A stretch of DNA of 64,000 nucleotides, taken from Felis catus. Lineage: Eukaryota. Positions 35,572-62,902 of the stretch are shown one piece after another. Under the pieces are notes generated by a model. That model had not been told where the DNA came from. It saw nothing but the letters and a program-made list of their open reading frames with translations, and searched no databases. Position numbers and translations under genes: made by a program. The stretch is from positions 107,322,001 through 107,386,000 of the forward strand of contig NC_058377.1 of assembly GCF_018350175.1 (NCBI RefSeq), given 5' to 3'. Within the stretch, counting starts at the first letter, position 1; each line of letters starts with the position of its first letter.

Positions 35572-36437
35572 GGCGGCCGCCGGGGCCACGTGCGCGCGTC
35601 GGGCCCCTCCCTGCGCCGCCGCCTCCGGGACGCCCGCCGGCTGGCTCCGGGCCGCTGGCTCGGGTTAACTCGCGGGCTGGGCTCCGCNNNNNNNNNNNNN
35701 NNNNNNNNNNNNNNNNNNNNNNNNNNNNNNNNNNNNNNNNNNNNNNNNNNNNNNNNNNNNNNNNNNNNNNNNNNNNNNNNNNNNNNNNNNNNNNNNNNNN
35801 NNNNNNNNNNNNNNNNNNNNNNNNNNNNNNNNNNNNNNNNNNNNNNNNNNNNNNNNNNNNNNNNNNNNNNNTGTCTCACTCGCTTCCCCGCCCCCCGACC
35901 ACACCCCCTTAAAGGGCCAGTCCCGCTGCAGGCCCCTCACTCCCACCCCGCCCCCGGGCAGGGGCTAGGGGAGGGTCTAGTCGTCAGGGGTTTGGGCCTG
36001 GCTGTCCGCTACTATCCCTTTTAACCTTTCTGCCTCAAACCCAGGCGTTCTAAGTGCCCGGTACCAGGATTTGCGCTCCCGCCGGGACCCTAGTGTTCTG
36101 TCCTCACTGACGCAAAAACAGGGGCCATCTGGGAATGGAGGGGAGTGGGCACAATGCGCAGGGCGGGGGTCTGGAGAGGAGACGTGGGAGCCCCCGACGT
36201 CTAGGTCCTCAGGTCCTTGGCCAGCGGAAGGCAAGCAACCTTCTCCGCGTAGACCGACACGTGGCCCAGGCTCGCAGGAGTGGAGGGGTGGAGAAGGCGG
36301 ACAGGAGCTGCCCAGGTCCCCGGACACCCTCCTCGGCGAGGTCCCGCACCACCCATGGTGGAGGCCCAGATTAGGGGTGAACGGAGCCGGCTCAACTGCC
36401 TGAAGGGCTAGACCCTAGGCTGCCACCGCCCACCGGC

Positions 36438-36477
36438 CAAGATGGCGATGGGGAACGGGATTGTGGGAAATGTAGTT
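36438..36477. promoter_or_regulatory. YY1 motif plus ZNF143/SBS composite motif
   Basis: caagatggcg at 36438-36447; the reverse complement of 36458-36477 reads AACTACATTTCCCACAATCC. Confidence 0.65.
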
Positions 36478-37149
36478 CTCAGGGCCTGGCCGTGCCTGAC
36501 AGCCCCTCCCCCTCAGCGGAGCCAGGGAGGGGAAGCGCAGAACTTGTTTGGGGCGCCCTCGTTCGGCGGCTTCGACAGGGCGCGGCCCTTCGCACCCTGC
36601 AACCTCCATGTGTACAAAGAGGAAACGCAGGAGTAAAGGGCTGGGAAATAGGGGAGCCGGCACTCCCGATAATAAAGCTAAGAATGACGACCCGTAAAAA
36701 GCGTTGCTCACAGTCGGTTCCACACAGTCGGTTCCAGCCAGAGTCGGTTCCGCCTCATTCTCCCTCCCACAGATCCTCCGCCCTGCCGCTCTTCTGTCCT
36801 TCAGATCTCACAGGCGCCTTAGCTGGCCCACCTCTCTCAAACAGATGGTGTATCTCATGCCGGCACCCTTTGAGTTCTGGATCTTTGAATAGTCTTTCTC
36901 TTATGTGATCACCGTCTCCCACTTCTAGGCTGTGTGCTCCATGGGGCCAAGCTCTGTGTGGCCCTTGTTTACTGTTGATGCCCAAAGCACAGGGACCGGC
37001 TGGGCTTCAGAATCACGCAGATGGGGCAAATGACCCGATTCTTGCTGAGCTCTCGGTAACAGAGCCAGACTTGTAACTATTGGCTGAATAAATGACCGAG
37101 TGAAAGAATGAATGGCTTCCTCTGTATCTAGCATTTCCTCAGAAGGTTA

Positions 37150-37345
37150 AGCTTATTTATTTTGAGAGAGAGCGCGTGAGCAGGGGAGGGGCAGAGAGAG
37201 AGAGAGAGGGAGAGAGAGAATCTCAAGCAGGCTCCATGTCATTAGTGTGATCTAACCCTAAGGTTAGGATCAAACCCTAAGACTGTGAGATCACCACCTG
37301 AGCCGGTATCGAGATGCTTAACTGACTGAGCCACGCAGGTGCTCC
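37150..37345 (-). mobile_element. Can-SINE with a rearranged centre
   Basis: Target-site duplication gaaggttaa (37142, 37350); central part replaced (see findings). Confidence 0.85.
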
Positions 37346-37770
37346 GTCGGAAGGTTAACTAAGAAAATATGTGGAAGTTTCAATGACTGTATCACAGAGG
37401 TTGACCAACACAGCTAGAGAGGGAGCTCAGGCCCCCTGTCACAAGGTCTCTACTTATCCCCCTATCCCCAGATACCACTCAACAAGGTTGTATAGCTCCT
37501 CCGAGATGCTTCCACTGATAGCAGGCTCGCCCTTCGCAGTCCCAGACTGAGTCTCAGGATCTGAGGGGCAGTCAGTGTTTCTGTCCCAGCCTCTCACAGG
37601 CACTTTCTCTCTGGATGCCACAGAAGCCCTCTGTAGCAGGCAGGGTTCAGAGAGGCTGAGAGTGGCCCGGGGTCACACAGCCGGTGCTGCAGCCAAACTC
37701 AAATCCAGAACGTTGTTAGGCTTACCGTGTCGTTGAGAAAAAGAGACAATGAACCCAGAGGCTGGGGATG

Positions 37771-37772
<2 letters not shown>

Positions 37773-37813
<41 letters not shown>
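37773..37813. repeat. (TG)n microsatellite, ~20 units
   Basis: Perfect GT run. Confidence 0.95.
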
Positions 37814-37816
<3 letters not shown>

Positions 37817-40699
37817 GGGGAATAGCGAGGTGGGCTTCTCCTGGAGGGCCCTGGGTTTGAGGGCAGGCTCACAGGGCTCATTCCAGGGCAGGTAGAATGG
37901 GCTCACCTCCCTCCCCAGCCCTTGTCCTGGCCTTATCCTCCCTTCATCCAGCCTGGAGAGCTGATGGAGGGCTAATCCTTACCCTTGCAGATTAGGCAGG
38001 ACCCAGCCTTTCCACCAGGAGCCCCATCCCTGGCCCGGCCTCTGGCTCTGAGCCAATTTACCCAAGTCCAAGTTCCCCACCACACCCCACCTCACCCTAC
38101 CAGGGCAGGTCGGCTCTTTCTGAACTAGAGCATTGATTCAGGCCTTAGGGGTGCTCAGAGTTACGAGTGGGGATATGCGTACCATAACTTGCTGTGGCAG
38201 CGGAGCCTACAGTCCATAAAGATCTGGGTACCAGCCCCCGCTCTGCCTCCTAAAGGCTGTGACCCTGAGTGATGACTCTCCTATCCCTCCTCCCCTGAGG
38301 GAGGCCTCCTGTCATGTCCAAATTTCACGGTACCCCTGGGGGTTCTCTGGGCAGGGTGGGGAGGAGCTGACGATGCTCTTCCCAACTCTCCCCCTCTCCA
38401 CTTTCTATGACATCTCCACCATGTTCAGTCCTTCCGCATGGCCACCTATCCTGAGAACGGTCAGTGCAGAGGTGGAAGCTGGGCTGCCCTGCACAGAACC
38501 TGGGAGTGGAAGAAGCGGGTTCAAATCCGAGCTCTGCCCAGCACGCTGAGAGGCCGCGGGCAAGTCACTTACCGGCTCTGAGCCTCTTCAAGGGGGCTGA
38601 TTCTACCAACCTCCGGTGGTTGGGGGCTGAGAGCTCAGCGCTGAAGGCCCACATCTCAGCCCTTGCTCCCCTGTCTGAATCCTCCCGGGACTGGAGTATG
38701 CTGCTCCTCCTTACCCTGCCAGCCTCAGACTGTGGCCTCCCCAGCCCCACCCCACCTGGGGTTCCAGCCCCCCCCCCCCCACCGGCCACCAGAGTGCAGC
38801 TAAGGCTCCTTTCAGTGCCTCCTTGGACCAGAAGCCCTGGAGAGGGTCCCGTGGGCCACAACCGCTCCCTTAATCGAGGGTAGAGGCGGAAAGACTGCCT
38901 TCCTTCCGCCATTACTGCTTGCCGAGAAACCCTATTACCAATCACCAGGACTGGAAGAAAGTGTCCAGGAGGAAGGAGTCCTTTAATGGGGCTGCCCTAG
39001 CCTCGGGAGACATGACGGTGGTGGGGGGAGAGAGGAGAGGCTCAGGCTTGGGAAACAGGCTCCCATCCTGTTTTCCAAGGAGCTGCTGCCCAGCATTTCT
39101 ACGAAGTATCCCTGCCCAAGGCCTAGGACCCACAGCTCAGGCCCCTACGCTCAGGGCCTGCCTCTAGGCCCTGCTAGCCCTGCCATTGGCCGGCAGGCCC
39201 CCTGCCCCAGGGCTGATCTGTGCCCTCTCCTCTTCCTCCCTGATGCCCCCACGGTCTGCTAGCCACTCCTCAGATGTCCAGTGGCCTGTGGCTCGGGGTC
39301 ATTTTGTACCCATTTGCTTATTCATCCTCTGACAACCTCCAGCTTCTGGGCAAGGTGACCGAGGCACAGAAGGGCTGAGTTTTGTTGGTAGACTTGAACC
39401 TAAGCCTGTGGGAGCAAAGGCCACTCCCCACCCTGCAGGGCTCTGCCCAATGAGAGCCAGTGGTCTCCGGATCTCTGAAGGGTATGACCCTGCTGCTCTT
39501 GTGAGAGAGGACAAGAGGCTCACAAGTCCTGTCCTCCGTTCTTGGTCTCCTGAAGGGCAAGGAGTGGAAGCAGGATGAGCCAGCCTTCAAGTCAGAGGGC
39601 TCAAATCCTCCTACAAAGCTGTGTGACCTTGGGCAAGTCTCTTCCCCTCTCTGGGCCTCAAATGGAGATAATAATCACACCCCACAGGGCCTCTACCAAA
39701 GGCAGGGAGATTCGTTAGGTTAGAGTTGGTGGCCAACAAGGTGGGGATTTGGGGAATGGCCAGTGCCAGGCAGGGCTCCCCTTGGAGGCCTGAGAGCCTG
39801 GGGCGAAGGGGCCTGCAGGGCCCGCTCCTCCTTGACTGCCNNNNNNNNNNNNNNNNNNNNNNNNNNNNNNNNNNNNNNNNNNNNNNNNNNNNNNNNNNNN
39901 NNNNNNNNNNNNNNNNNNNNNNNNNNNNNNNNNNNNNNNNNNNNNNNNNNNNNNNNNNNNNNNNNNNNNNNNNNNNNNNNNNNNNNNNNNNNNNAAGCCC
40001 TGCGGGAGGGGCTGCAGCCCCCACCTATCCTGGTGCCCACGCGCCTTCCCCCCTCCCATCTCTGGAGCGCAGATTTCAGGGCACCTGCTGTAGGCCAGGC
40101 ACTGCGGAGCCCCTCCTCAACCCCCCTTGTTCGTGGACACCCACGAGGCTTCTGAACCCTTTGGGCAAGCGACCAGTTGTCTCCTTCACAGTGTTCCGTA
40201 GGAAGCCCAACGGGCTCCAGGTTCCGTCGTGGGGGTCTGCAGAACGAGGGGGCTATTCTAGGGCTCACTCTGGAAGGCTGGGATGCTTAGGTCCTTAAAG
40301 GAGGCGGCAGGCGCCCGGCCTCCCCGGGCTAGGGACGGGGGAGGGGCGCCAGCCGGCAGGAGGCCCATTAGCTGGCTAAGTGCTCCCAGGGAGGGGGAGA
40401 CCGAGCTGCAGCAGGGGTGGGGAGGGGGGGTGAGGCGAAGTGAGGGCAGAGGGGGTGGGGTGGGAGTGGCTTTTCCTGCATTCAGCTAAGTGCTGCTGGA
40501 GTGTGGTGGGGGCAAGGCGCCCCAGGCCCCTGTCTGGCCCTCCAGTAGTACCCTCGTCCCCGCCCCTCCGAAACCTTAGCGGGCTGAACCCTCTCGGTCT
40601 TCAGTACCGCCCTCTACACCCAGTCTCTCTGGCTGTACCGCTAACAATCGCCCTGGCGCCAAGCGCTCTCCTCCAACCCCAAGCAAGTCCAGAAGAGCA

Positions 40700-55535
<14,836 letters not shown>

Positions 55536-57572
55536 ACTGGCTGAGCGAGAGGTGGCCACAGGATGGGTGCTGGGAGGGCAGGAAGCTAAGACACTAAGGC
55601 TCTTTTGTTTTGTTTTTGTTTTTGTTTTTAACTTTTTATCTTTAGAAATTTTATTTTTTTAAACCGGGGCAAGCACCCCACACTAACCCCCTTACTTCAC
55701 CCTCCTGGGGCCCCATTAGTCCCCAGCCCCTCCTTCCTGCCTTCAGTCCTAAGGAAGGTGCTGGGTCACTGTGGGCCGGGAGGTTTTTGCGCTCCCTTGG
55801 TGCCCACACCCCAGAGTGGGGGTTGTCTCCCTCACTTCCCCCGGGAACACTGGCGGAGACTTTGAGCTCTGGGACGTAGGGTCACCTTCTTGCTCTCTTC
55901 TTTGGGAATTTTTTTTTTTTTTTTTACACGAATAAAAGTGGATTTCAGGGACCCTGTGTGCAGTGTGGTCTGGGGTGGGGCAGTTCTGGAGAGGGCCCTG
56001 GGCCCTGTCTGGCTCTACGGGCTTCAGTTTCCTCATCTATAAAAAGGGTTTGTGGGGTTGAGGTCAGGCCCTCGGTGAAGGGTTGCTGGGTTTTATCCTT
56101 GAGACCTCCTTGCTGGGGGCCTGCAGATCTCCCCGATGACCTGACATTAGAGGTCCTGTGGCCTCCCCGCACACTTTCCCGCCTTTATGTCCTCTGTCTC
56201 GGGCCTATCGCTTCTTCCCCGCCCCGCCCCCTCCCCCCCCCACCTCTCATTACTTTTCTCCCTCCTGGGCCCTTCTTGTCCTCCCTTCGCAAAGGCTTAG
56301 GCCTCTGCTTCAGGAAGCCTTCCCTGCCCCCCCTTCCTGTTGCCTGATATGACCCAAGCACCCAGCATCTTCCGACGAGGCGGTTCTGGGCCCCTCGCAG
56401 GCAGTTGACTCTAACTGGGGATGGACCTTGTCAGCTCAGAACCTGCCCGACATCAGGGGACCGGACCTGGGCTCTCGGGTGATACGCTAGGTGGGGAATG
56501 GGTGGACCTAGTAGTGACCCTTCTCCCAAGGGACTCTTGGGAGAAGGGAAGCTGACAGTCACAGATGCATACAGGGACTGGGAGACCCAGCATCCCCCTC
56601 ATCCCTGTGAGGGAGATGTTATGCCTGTTTTACAGATGAGGAAACTGAGGCCCAGAGCAGAAGTCCCGTGTGCCAGGCCACAGCTAAGTCAAGATGTCCT
56701 GACCTGGAGGCAGGGCGGGCCTGGACCTTCTGTGGCAGACTGTCTTCCGGCCAGGTTGGAGGACCTGCTCCATGCTGCTCTCTCCTGCCTCTGGACAGCG
56801 TGGAGTGGCAGAGACCCCGCAGCGAGGGTGCGGCTAGGTTCTGCTGCAGGGTCGGGCTGGCACTTCTTCAAGGCCTCTCCCGGCTTCCTGGCTTCCTGGG
56901 CCGACTGCCTCCCTCCTCCAGAGGAAGGCAGCCTCTTATCTGGGCTTATCTCCTGCCAATTGAGTGTTTTCTTTCTTTGTTTTTGCTGCAGCCTCAGGCA
57001 AACAGGGCGGGGAGGCCAGAGAGAAAAGGCTGCCTGAGCAAGGCCCTTCCCAGGGCTGGGGGCCTCTCCCCTTTGCCCTGCTCCCTCAGGGTTAATACCG
57101 TTATTGTCCAGACCTTCCCGGCTTCTGGGGTCAGGCCTTGTCCTGTCCCCAGATTGGCCTACCGTATTCCATGACCAAGTCGTGTCTTCCCGATTTGGCT
57201 CACCACTACCTTACAGAAGAAACACTCCATGTTAGTCCCCGGATCCTCAAAGGCCAGGCTAAACTCCAAACTCCTGGGTATGACATTCCAGACCCCCAGA
57301 ATCCTGGCCTCTGCTGCTCCCCCATATCCTTTCATGGGTCCACTCTTTTCTCTGCTGGCAATGACCGCTTCCTTCCCCATCTCTCTTTTTAAGTAAGTCC
57401 CGGCTCTAACTCACCCCTGCCCTGGCCCTCACCCCGGTACCAGTCCCTGTTAACAGCACTCAGCTGGCGGTAACTCCACTCTGAGAGGCTGGCTCACCTC
57501 TGCCAGGAAGCTTCTGACGGCGGGGCTGTTGTGGCCTAATTCATCTTTGTATATTCTTTACAAAGCGCTGGC

Positions 57573-57591
57573 TGGTCTATAGGGGGCGCCA
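57573..57591 (+). promoter_or_regulatory. Possible CTCF-like site between the PLCB3 and BAD 3' ends
   Basis: tggtctatagggggcgcca matches the AGGGGGCGC core, with mismatches in the 5' half. Confidence 0.3.
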
Positions 57592-58475
57592 ATAAATCTT
57601 TCTGGAATTGAGCTCGGAGCCCTGCTCCCAGGTCCTGGTGAAGCTTTTCGGTTCCCTAGTGATCAGTCCATTCACAGCTCTGGGACCAGCCTTCTTCCAT
57701 CGTCCCCTCCCCCGCTTTGTGCGTCCGGCCAGTTCCCTGAACAGAGCTGGCCCCAGGCCGACCACACAGTAGCTGTTTGAAAGGACTGACCCAAATAGGA
57801 ACAACTGACCCTCCCCGGGGGACGGCGACACGGTTTGCAGGGTGCGGAATAACGGCGGCCGGCCGGCTGGCCGGCTTGCAGTTCCCAATGACCATATTAG
57901 AGATAAGGGCCTGGAGGTCCCCGAGGCCAGGCAGCCCTGGCTCTGGTCGCAGCATGGACCCCTTCCTGGTCTCGGTTCCAGGATGTCACTCAAAAAGAGC
58001 CTCCTTTTCCCTTATGTGTAAGACGGCGGCATCTTTCGAAACTGTCCGCGCTAGCGTTTCCCCTGCCTGCGAAGCCCCAAGCGACGGAGAGGGGAGACTC
58101 GGCGGCACAAACACGGGCTTTATTAGCACGCTTCGTTGCGAGCGATGGCCCGCACCGATACCGCGGAGGAGAGGGTTCTGGTGAAGTTGGGGTTTCCCGG
58201 ACTTGCAACTTGGCGCTGGCGCGCGCCGGGGGCGGGGTCACGGGGCCATTTCCGGCGGCTAAGGGCGACTAAACTTCAAAACTTCCGACGGAGCCCAAAC
58301 CCTCCATGCTCCTCGCACACACCGGAAGAGAATCAGGTTTGGGTCAGATCGCCTCCTTCGAAAAGGAAAGGACCGATCTTCTTTTTTGCAGAAGTCGTGC
58401 CAAAACGACTTCCGCCCACACCCAAGATGGCCGCCGCCGGCGCCGGGAGCGGGGAGTGTCGGGCTGTGGGACGGG

Positions 58476-59340
58476 TCACTGGGAGGGGGCGGAGCCTCCT
58501 CTCCCCAAGTTCCGATCCCACCAGGACTGGATGAAGCGCGTCCAGCTGGGGCTTTGCCGCATCTGCGTCGCTGTGCCCGCGCTCTTCGGGCGTGGAAGTC
58601 CCTTCGGGGTGGGAGGAGGAAAGGGTTACATGAGTTAGCTTCTCCTGACATCCCGAGTCGGGGCCCTCCACCTCCGGAATCCCACCGCTGAGAAGCGGCG
58701 GACCTACAGACCGTAGATTTCAGCATGCCGTGTACCGAGGGGGCCTCCTGACCACTTTAGGAAGCTCGAAGGATCGCTTGGGCTCTTAGGAATGAGACTG
58801 GTTAGATCCTAGACACTATGCCAGGGGTGCGGGGAGAGGACGCCTAGGACCCTGTAAGCGCCAGAGTCGGAGACTCAGCATCTAGAAGACTGGAGGGCAG
58901 TTCAAAAAAAACTAATTCTTTAGTTGAGGCCTAAGAACCCGGATATCCGAAAGGGGCCGACCGGGAGCACAAATACCAGCATGCCTCGTGCCCCAAGGAT
59001 TTGGGGAACCCAGGAGCTTTAGCTTTCTGAAGCACGACCTGGACTACAGATACCGGCATGCCACGGGACTCAGGAAGGGTCCGACTAGAGCGGGAAGAGG
59101 CGTTCCGGAACTACAGATCCCGACATGCTTTCGGGCCGGCGCTCACCTTGAAGGAGCCCTGGAACTCGTCGCTCATCCTCCGGAGCTCGCGGCCGTAGCG
59201 CAGGGCAGCCCAGAGGTTGGGGGGCGCTGAGCGCGAGCGACCCCGGAAAGGGCTGGGCTCTTCCTCCTCCGTCCCTTCATCCTCCTCGGTCCCGGCGGGG
59301 TACGAGCTGTGGCGACTCCGGGTCTCCACAGCCCCAGCGC
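58476..59340 (-). CDS. BAD: BCL2-associated agonist of cell death, last two coding exons (5' exons beyond the window)
   Basis: Minus exons 59340-59147 ([17 protein letters not shown]3 [12 protein letters not shown]) and 58601-58476 (GLPRPKSAG...QSWWDRNLG...SQ*). Minus-strand AATAAA at 58124-58119. Confidence 0.97.
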
Positions 59341-59889
59341 CTGCACAGGGGGCGGGGGCGATGTGAATCTCAACTCCTCTGCGCCCCCAGCCTTGCCGAA
59401 GCCCCCAGCACTAGCTCCCCGCCCGCGGATGTCACAGTACGCGTCGTCGGAGCCCCCGTTGAGTTCCTTCGTATGTAAATGAAGCGAAGCTCATGGGGCT
59501 TTTGTGAAGATTCAAATTAACTTCTCGTGAATCCCACAAATCTTAATTGAACCCCAATAATGGGCCCAGGCCCTTAGTGTATTAAATGGCCTTCCTCTGT
59601 GTCTAGCACAAAATAAGGAAATCAGTAGTATAGTTTTCAGCGCAAGACCATGGGCCCTCCCAGCCCTTCTGGGGACCAGTCCCCTGGATGAGGAGTCAAG
59701 GCTGAACTCCAGTTCTGCAAGTGATCTGCAGGTGCCCATTTGTCTCACTGTCTTGGCCTAGGGAGACCTTAGGCGCTCCCCCCCCCCCCCCCCCCGGAAC
59801 AAGAACCTGTCAGCAACATATCTGTACCTCCCAAAGCACTTGCTTTGGAGAATGAGTCTGGAAGGGTCTGCTGACTTCTTAAGGTGATG

Positions 59890-60025
59890 ATTATGGAGCG
59901 CTCACTGTGTGCTAGCCTCATTATGCTCCTAGCCATCCTAAGAAGTGAGTACTAACACTGCCTCCATTTTACAGATGAGAAGACGGAGGCTTAGAGAGTT
60001 GAGACTTGCCCAGGGTCACACAATG
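59890..60025 (-). mobile_element. MIR relic (others at ~39600-39700, 42650-42760, 56620-56690, 61600-61720)
   Basis: ccattttacagatgagaagacggaggcttagagag...acttgcccagggtcaca core. Confidence 0.7.
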
Positions 60026-61202
60026 TGAAGCTCTCACGAAGTCCCTAGAGGTTGGCTGGCAACTGGAGTCCGGCGAATTAACCATTGAGCTACACCTCTT
60101 CCCTCGTCAGACCACCCTTCAACTCCCAGAGCTCACGTGCTACCTCTGTGTGGGGACAAACCCATCCGCTACTAGTGGCCGTGTAAAGGTCCCAAAATAG
60201 AGTGCGAAAGTGTAAGCCGAAGGCATTCGCAGCTACCTCCCCGTGTTGAGTTTGTCTGGCCTGTGTTCTGTGTACCGTCCCCCCACTCCTGCCAACCCCA
60301 CCCCCGTATCCAGACCAACAGAGACCTGGAACCACTCCCAGGAGCAAAACCCCAGAGCTACATTAATAGAGTGCCAGACAGCACGGAGCAAACGCAGGGG
60401 GACACGTTTGGCGTCCACAGCAAGGCACATCTGTCAGGGAAGGCATTTTGGAGGAAGTAAAGTTTAGGCCAGGCTTTGAGGCCAGGGGATAACAGTGTCT
60501 CATCCTCTCGCCAAGAACCTAACACAAAGCCCTGTGGGTCACTTTCAGGGGCTGCAGGGCCCCCATGGGGCCCAGCTCCAGATACATGGCTAAGAAAGCG
60601 AGAAGGGAAGAAAATGCCGGATCCGGAACGGCCTAGGCTAAGAGGAGGGATCAGAGCTCCCGGCTGTTCTGAGCTTCACCACGGTCCAGGCCTGGAGGGC
60701 AGGTGGGAGCTCCAAGGTAGACGTGGGGAACAGGAAGCTAAATCGGAAATCGGCATCGGGGATCGAGTCTGGACGAGTCAGGAATAGAAAGACCCCTGAT
60801 GAGAACAGGCCCATCTGAGGGGCACTGTCCGGTTCTGTGGGGAGCAGGCAGAGGCAAGGGTCCGTAGCTAGATGGGCCCCGGCTCCGCCAGATTCCTGCT
60901 TTGTGAGCTTGGGCCCTGTCCTAACCTGTTGGGGCCTCACTGCCCTTCCTCCGTGACATGGGGGCAGTCCCCGTCTCCGAGGACCACCCCGACAACTGAT
61001 GAGACCAGCAGAGCACCATATTCTGCCCCTTTTATGTCCCGAAGCCTCCCAGCTTCCCAGTGAGGCAGACATTAAGTCCTCCCTATATGACAGACGAAGA
61101 AACGGAGTCACCTAGAGGTGAGGAACTGGCTGGAGGTCACACAGCCAGCTTAAGCGCTCAAGGAACACCCGCTGTTCTTTGCTGGCTTTTAAAACACACC
61201 TG

Positions 61203-61423
61203 GGGGGCGCAGTCGGTTAAGCGTCCGACTTCAGCCAGGTCACGATCTTGCGGTCCGGGAGTTCGAGCCCCGCGTCGGGCTCTGGGCTGATGGCTCAGAG
61301 CCTGGAGCCTCTTTCCAATTCTGTGTCTCCCTCTCTCTCTGTCCCTCCCCCGTTCATGCTCTGTCTCTCTGTCCCAAAAATAAATAAACTTTGAAAAAAA
61401 AATAAAAAAAATAAAAAAAAAAA
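61203..61423 (+). mobile_element. Young 5'-truncated felid Can-SINE
   Basis: CpG-rich body, long A-tail, perfect 15-bp target-site duplication taaaacacacctggg (61190-61204, 61424-61438). Confidence 0.93.
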
Positions 61424-61945
61424 TAAAACACACCTGGGACCATCACGTGACAGATACAAGGGCCAAGACTCAGAAAGTGAATGGCTTGCAGGGGGGCACT
61501 TGGTCTGGGCACTGCCCCCTCGCCCAGGAACCAGAACAAGAGAGGTGTTCCCTGTGTGTCAATTCATTACATCCCCAGCACACTCTGGGAGGAAGGTTCC
61601 TCACAGCCCCCATTTTACAGGGGAGAAAACCAAGGCACAGAGAGGGTAGGTAACTGCCCCAATGTCACACAGCTACTAGGTGGCAGAGCTGGGATCCAAA
61701 CCCAACCAGTCTGGCTCCGGGGCGTAAAGCCCCCATGTTTAATGCTCGTGCCCCAGGTTCCCAACAGCGCACCGTGGGCCACCCTGGGGGTCCAGTGTGG
61801 GGAGGACACCTCTGGGCCTTCTGTGAGTGCCAGCTCTACCGGGAGCCCATCCTAGGGGTAGGGTTTTGTTTCGTTTTTTTTACCAGAGCCATGGGTTTAG
61901 TAATGCCAATCCAACCATTGTTAAATGGTGATCATTTGTATAAAC

Positions 61946-61947
<2 letters not shown>

Positions 61948-61989
<42 letters not shown>
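61948..61989. repeat. Poly-T tract (~42 nt)
   Basis: Homopolymer run. Confidence 0.9.
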
Positions 61990-62450
61990 CAACTAAGCTT
62001 TTAAAAGTCTCCTTCTCTCTACTGGGAAAAAAACCCAAAAAACAACAACTGAAGAATTTTCTGTGAATTCCCTGGGGTCACTCTGAACCATCCCACCCTC
62101 AAATCAGTTCTCAGCCACACGCGATCCCTGGGCAGGGCCGAGGTGGCCTCTTCCCACTCTGGGGAAGTGAAGTGGGTGGGAGAGGGCGTGGCTTCTGCCT
62201 GGGGGGTCTGGGGGTGAGCTTGGGTGGCTGCTGGGGCTCTTCCACTCACACCGTTTTCTCAGAGAGCCCGCCTGAGGCGGGGCTGGGGGAGCGGGAGAGG
62301 CCTCTGGCTGCAGGAACCCCAAGCCCCAGCAAAGCTTCAAGTTCTTTACCAGGGGGCTCCAGGGTCAGCGTGTGGGGCTGGACACATCCACGTTCAGGCT
62401 TCTGAGAGCATCCTGACCCACTTAATTAAATTAAAATCGTGGTGTTCCCT

Positions 62451-62650
62451 GGGGCACCTGGGTGGCTCGGTCGGTTAAGGGTCCGGCTCTCGATTTCGGT
62501 TTCGATCATGATCTCACGGTTCATCGGTTCAAGGAGCCTGCTTGGGATTCTCTTTCTTTCTGCCCTTCCCCTGCTCACAGGCACTCTCACACATGCTCTC
62601 TCTCTCTCTCTCTCTGACTCAAAATAAATAAATAAAAACCGAAAAAACAG
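62451..62650 (+). mobile_element. Older Can-SINE, internally deleted
   Basis: ggggcacctgggtggctcggtcggttaag head, (CT)n and AATA tail. Confidence 0.85.
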
Positions 62651-62902
62651 AAACCGTGGTTTCCAGGCAACGTGAGGCAGTGAGGCTTTCCCATTAGGCA
62701 GCGCTGGTTTGGATCCTGCCCCCTACTACGGGCTGGGGCTCACATACTGCTCACCCCGCCAGTGGGTAGCACGCCCGGCACCTGCAGGCCTCAGCCCAGA
62801 CTCCCTGTCCACCCCAAAGTCATTTGGGGTACAAAGATCCCTTACTGGCCTGCAAAGAACACAACCCGTCTTGCTCAGAGCGGATGAGATCAGAAAACAC
62901 TC

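Larger units (their letters stand above)
24901..39994. other. Five assembly gaps: 24901-25165, 27107-27334, 32015-32162, 35688-35871, 39841-39994
   Basis: Runs of N. Confidence 0.99.

Noticed and set aside
37970-37995. Paired TAATCC/AGATTA homeodomain-like sites
   Set aside because: Two hexamers are too little evidence without conservation data.
58599-58606. BAD exon junction giving FKGL via an AAG acceptor
   Set aside because: The frame is intact and the one-residue difference from human (from memory) is minor acceptor variation, not a lesion.
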